Source: Bugula neritina (lineage: Eukaryota; Animalia; Bryozoa). Taken from it: a DNA stretch of 31,649 nt. The position numbers were made by a program, and so were the translations under genes. The stretch is taken from positions 35,732 to 67,380 of the forward strand of contig CAXIUT010000179.1 of NCBI GenBank assembly GCA_964035545.1, in the 5' to 3' direction. Under the pieces are notes generated by a model. That model was not told the DNA's origin. It was given only the letters and a program-made list of their open reading frames with translations, and made no database searches. Shown piece by piece: positions 28,655 through 31,649 of the stretch (position 1 is the stretch's first letter; the number at the start of each line of letters is the position of its first letter).

Positions 28655-30163
28655 TCAAGAAATGCTTTGAATTTGCCTATCAAGTTCAATAATAAGTGGA
28701 TCTGTAGGTGAATATCCTGACTACCTGATCAATAATTCCTTGTGTCTGATTAACTATTACTTCTTATTTGTAATCATATCTTCTCTCTCATCTTACTCAT
28801 CTCTCCACTCTTAACGATACCCTGTACCTCTTTGCATCATTTGCTGAGACATCTGTCGCTAGTATGCAATCTGTTGTTCAAGATTTCGACAATTATTCAA
28901 TAATATATCTTTTTCCCTTCTCAACTCATGAACTGATTCTTCACTACTTTTAAGGCGTTCTCGTAAAGATATTACTTCTTATTTCATTTTGCCATAGTAT
29001 ATTTTATATTCCTATTTTACTTAGTTGGCCTTCTCCACCTATCTTGATAATTCTTTTATTTATAACATCTTTGCATTCATTTCAGCTTTAAGTATATTAA
29101 GAGGAGACTTTTAATCAAGTTTTTTAACTTCTTCTATTTATATTTTTAATTTAGCATTCTAAGCTCTAAATTTAGCAATCTATATTTCTATTCCAGCTTT
29201 CTATTTGATCACTGCATTTTTATCTTCTTTATGCCTTCGCTTCAAACCTTCAATCTCTTGATCTTTTAACAAACATTCTCTTGAAACTTAGTTTATTTTG
29301 TTCTGTAATTCTTGTTCATATAATAATATTTTTTGCTACCTTTTATTTAATTCCGCCATTTTTGATTTTAATTTTCCCTCCTGTAAAATCAAATTAGCTT
29401 AGATCTTCTTGAACTGCTTTTACTTCTACAAATCACTTTTTCTCTGTTGCTCACTCAGATTAGTCCAAAATTCAATCTATTTATGCTTCAAAGTTATCCT
29501 CGCCTTTGTCTATTATGCTTTCTTCCATGTCTCAAGTTACCATACAACTTTTCTTTACAGTTCGTTCAATCCTGCGTTTTACATAGCTGGAAGTTAATTT
29601 TACTAGTTTCTTGAAGGTAGATTAACTTCTTAGGGAACCTCTTCTAAAAATTATTTGATATTAAATCCTCTTTTTTCCAACTGATCAGCAGGTCCAAGAT
29701 CCTCTAGATAAGCAATAGCTCTTAGACTTCCAACTGTTTTTAACGGCTTATTATGTTCATCAATCTAGTCAACTGGAAGGTAAGCATCTAGCACTCTTGC
29801 ATAACTTTATGTTGTAGTCCTTAAAGGCATATCTAACACTTTTTGGAGATCAATTACTGCTTTTCCTAATAAGGTATCTTTCTTCAATCGGTCACAGTGC
29901 CATAGCTATACTTACAACTTCTAATTAAGTTTCTCTGCCATCTAAGCACCTGATCCTTGAAAATATCCGCTTTGAAAGCAGTCTTTGAGCGTGGTTTCTA
30001 CTCTTGGATTATGAATAGCAATTGATGCCGATCTAAAGGAAGGTATTCCGAGTGCAGAAATAGCTGAATACCTTAGAGAAAGTTGAGCAGTGAATTCATG
30101 TTCTTTTATGGAGCGTAGATCGATTGAAAATCTTAATTGGTGGTTAGGATTATCTCCTTTCAT
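28655..30163 (-). CDS. CEP120: CEP120-like centriole/basal-body protein, one C2 domain plus coiled coil (502 aa)
   Basis: FSIDLRSI, VELWHCDRLKKDTLLG, YLEDLGP, WELETWK and C-terminal GYSPTDPLIIELDRQI match the third C2 domain and tail of CEP120 as I recall them. Confidence 0.8.
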
Positions 30164-30290
30164 CGTTTAAATATTATAAAGAAAACAACTCATCAATCAT
30201 TTTTACTATTATTGCAACCTTTAATTTCAAAGTAATATAAAAAATTAATCATTAGTTTTAGACTTGAGATTATTTTTATAATATAATTCC

Positions 30291-30640
30291 ATGGAGGGAG
30301 ACAAAAATAAATAAGCCTAGATGATCCGCAAATTCCACCCAGACAAAATACCCATCTTCCTAAACAAAGTCAAACGCAGTAAATTACAAGAAGTAGACAG
30401 CAACAAGTACTTCTTACCCAACTTAGAATTCTCATTCTTAAAAATTTTACTATATTCAAGTTAATAATAGTCATCAAAAACAAACTAAAACTCAACCATA
30501 CTGAAGCCATCTATCTTTTCGCAGGAAATACTTTGCTCCATGCAGAGCAAACTATCGAATAGGTCTATTACAAGTATGCTTCTGAAGACAAATTTTTGTA
30601 CTTAGGGTATTGTGAGTATCCTACCTTTGGGACTGTTTGA
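30291..30640 (+). CDS. ATG8: Divergent ATG8/GABARAP-family ubiquitin-like protein (109 aa), intron 30407-30426
   Basis: IRKFHPDKIPI, EAIYLF, EDKFLYLGYCEYPTFG-TV (scissile Gly plus 2 residues). Confidence 0.85.
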
Positions 30641-30709
30641 AATTTGAAAATGGCGAACTACTGATAATTTTTTAAATTATAATAGAGATGTTTAGATGGT
30701 TTTTATGAA

Positions 30710-31458
30710 TCAATTTTTTAATTTTCCTCTCATGCCTACATCCGATTAGCCAGCCTGCAAGGAATATTTTTTCTACATCTTCTTGCCATTCTATATCACC
30801 TCTTCTGAAATGTCCTTACTTCCATCTTCATTCACCAAAGTTGTCTTCCTTGTCACCACTGTCTTACCATTTCTATATTAAATATTAGATACACTGTTTT
30901 TGTTGTTGTACTCACTGATTTCGAAGTGCCTCCCATACCTCCCATTCCACCCATTGTATTACTACTGCTAAAAGCACTAAATCCATGTTGACCCATTCCT
31001 GCTCTCATATCGCTAAAGAAAGGATCACGATCAAAAAGAGATCCTCCGCCACCAAACCCTCCGCCAAAACCACCACCAAAACCTCCACCAAAAGACCCAC
31101 CTTTACTTTTTCCATCTCTTTTTCCAAAGAAACTAGAAAAGAAGGGATCATCGTCAAATTAATGCCGATCAAAAAAGCTTTTGAAGAGATTATTTGCATC
31201 ACTAAAATCAAAATGATGGAATGAACTGCTTTTAGGTCCCTAGAATCCATAAGTATCGTATATTTTTCTTTTTTCTGGATCAGTCAAATTTTAATATGCC
31301 TAAGATATCTATCGAAACTTCTATGTTGCTTCTTGTTTGTTATCTGGATTTTTATCAGGATGCCATTTAATAGCTAACTTTTTGTAAGCTTTTTTGATCT
31401 ATGCCTCGCTAGCTTTCTTATCTATTCCCAACACTTCATAGTAACAAACTTTAGGCAT
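30710..31458 (-). CDS. Class B DnaJ/Hsp40 (DNAJB6/B8-like), 242 aa, intron 30873-30892
   Basis: YYEVLG...EIKKAYKKLAIKWHPDKNP...[26 protein letters not shown], a G/F-rich region, and the S/T-rich SKSVSTTTKTVNGK tail. Confidence 0.93.
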
Positions 31459-31572
31459 AACTTGAATTAAGTTCAAGTATTAATTATCAAAATTAACTCT
31501 ATAAAATATATCAATAATATCAAAATAATCAATAAAAGAACTTCTTTTCTAGTAAATTATAACCGATAGGGA

Positions 31573-31649
31573 TTGGGGTTGGGGTTGGGGTTGGGGTTGG
31601 GGTTGGGGTTGGGGTTGGGGTTGGGGTTGGGGTTGGGGTTGGGGTTGGG
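31573..31649 (+). repeat. Right telomere, (TTGGGG)n
   Basis: Perfect T2G4 repeats to the contig end, preceded by a variant unit GGGA (31569-31572). Confidence 0.98.

Noticed and set aside
9388-30163. Functional cluster of ciliary and cortical genes (epiplasmin, TTLL9, CYB5D1, CEP120)
   Set aside because: They are interspersed with unrelated genes, and such genes are abundant in ciliates, so clustering is not supported.

Overview
Eukaryotic, not prokaryotic: a telomere-capped (C4A2 left, T2G4 right) ciliate macronuclear contig. TAA and TAG both read as glutamate (peritrich nuclear code, NCBI table 30) and TGA is the only stop, so the supplied standard-code ORF track is mostly fragments or antisense shadows. 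Re-read by hand with that code, about 88% of the window is covered by 24 genes carrying 25 very short GT-AG introns (19-22 nt, 16 of them exactly 20 nt). Recognisable products are a CRAL-TRIO protein, GH18 chitinase, AGC, GSK3-like and ULK-like kinases, epiplasmin, two Myb-like factors, a TTLL9-like glutamylase, a RING protein, a Rab32/38-like GTPase, CYB5D1, a shortened CEP120, ATG8, a class B DnaJ and a ~1757-aa Rdx-domain/EEVK-repeat protein. Two full-length C4A2 tracts lie inside the contig (641-710, 9273-9358), both intergenic and in left-end orientation. They point to alternative chromosome fragmentation or fused molecules; 9273-31649 alone is a complete 22.4-kb minichromosome. All gene models are manual translations and family assignments come from recalled motifs, not database searches.
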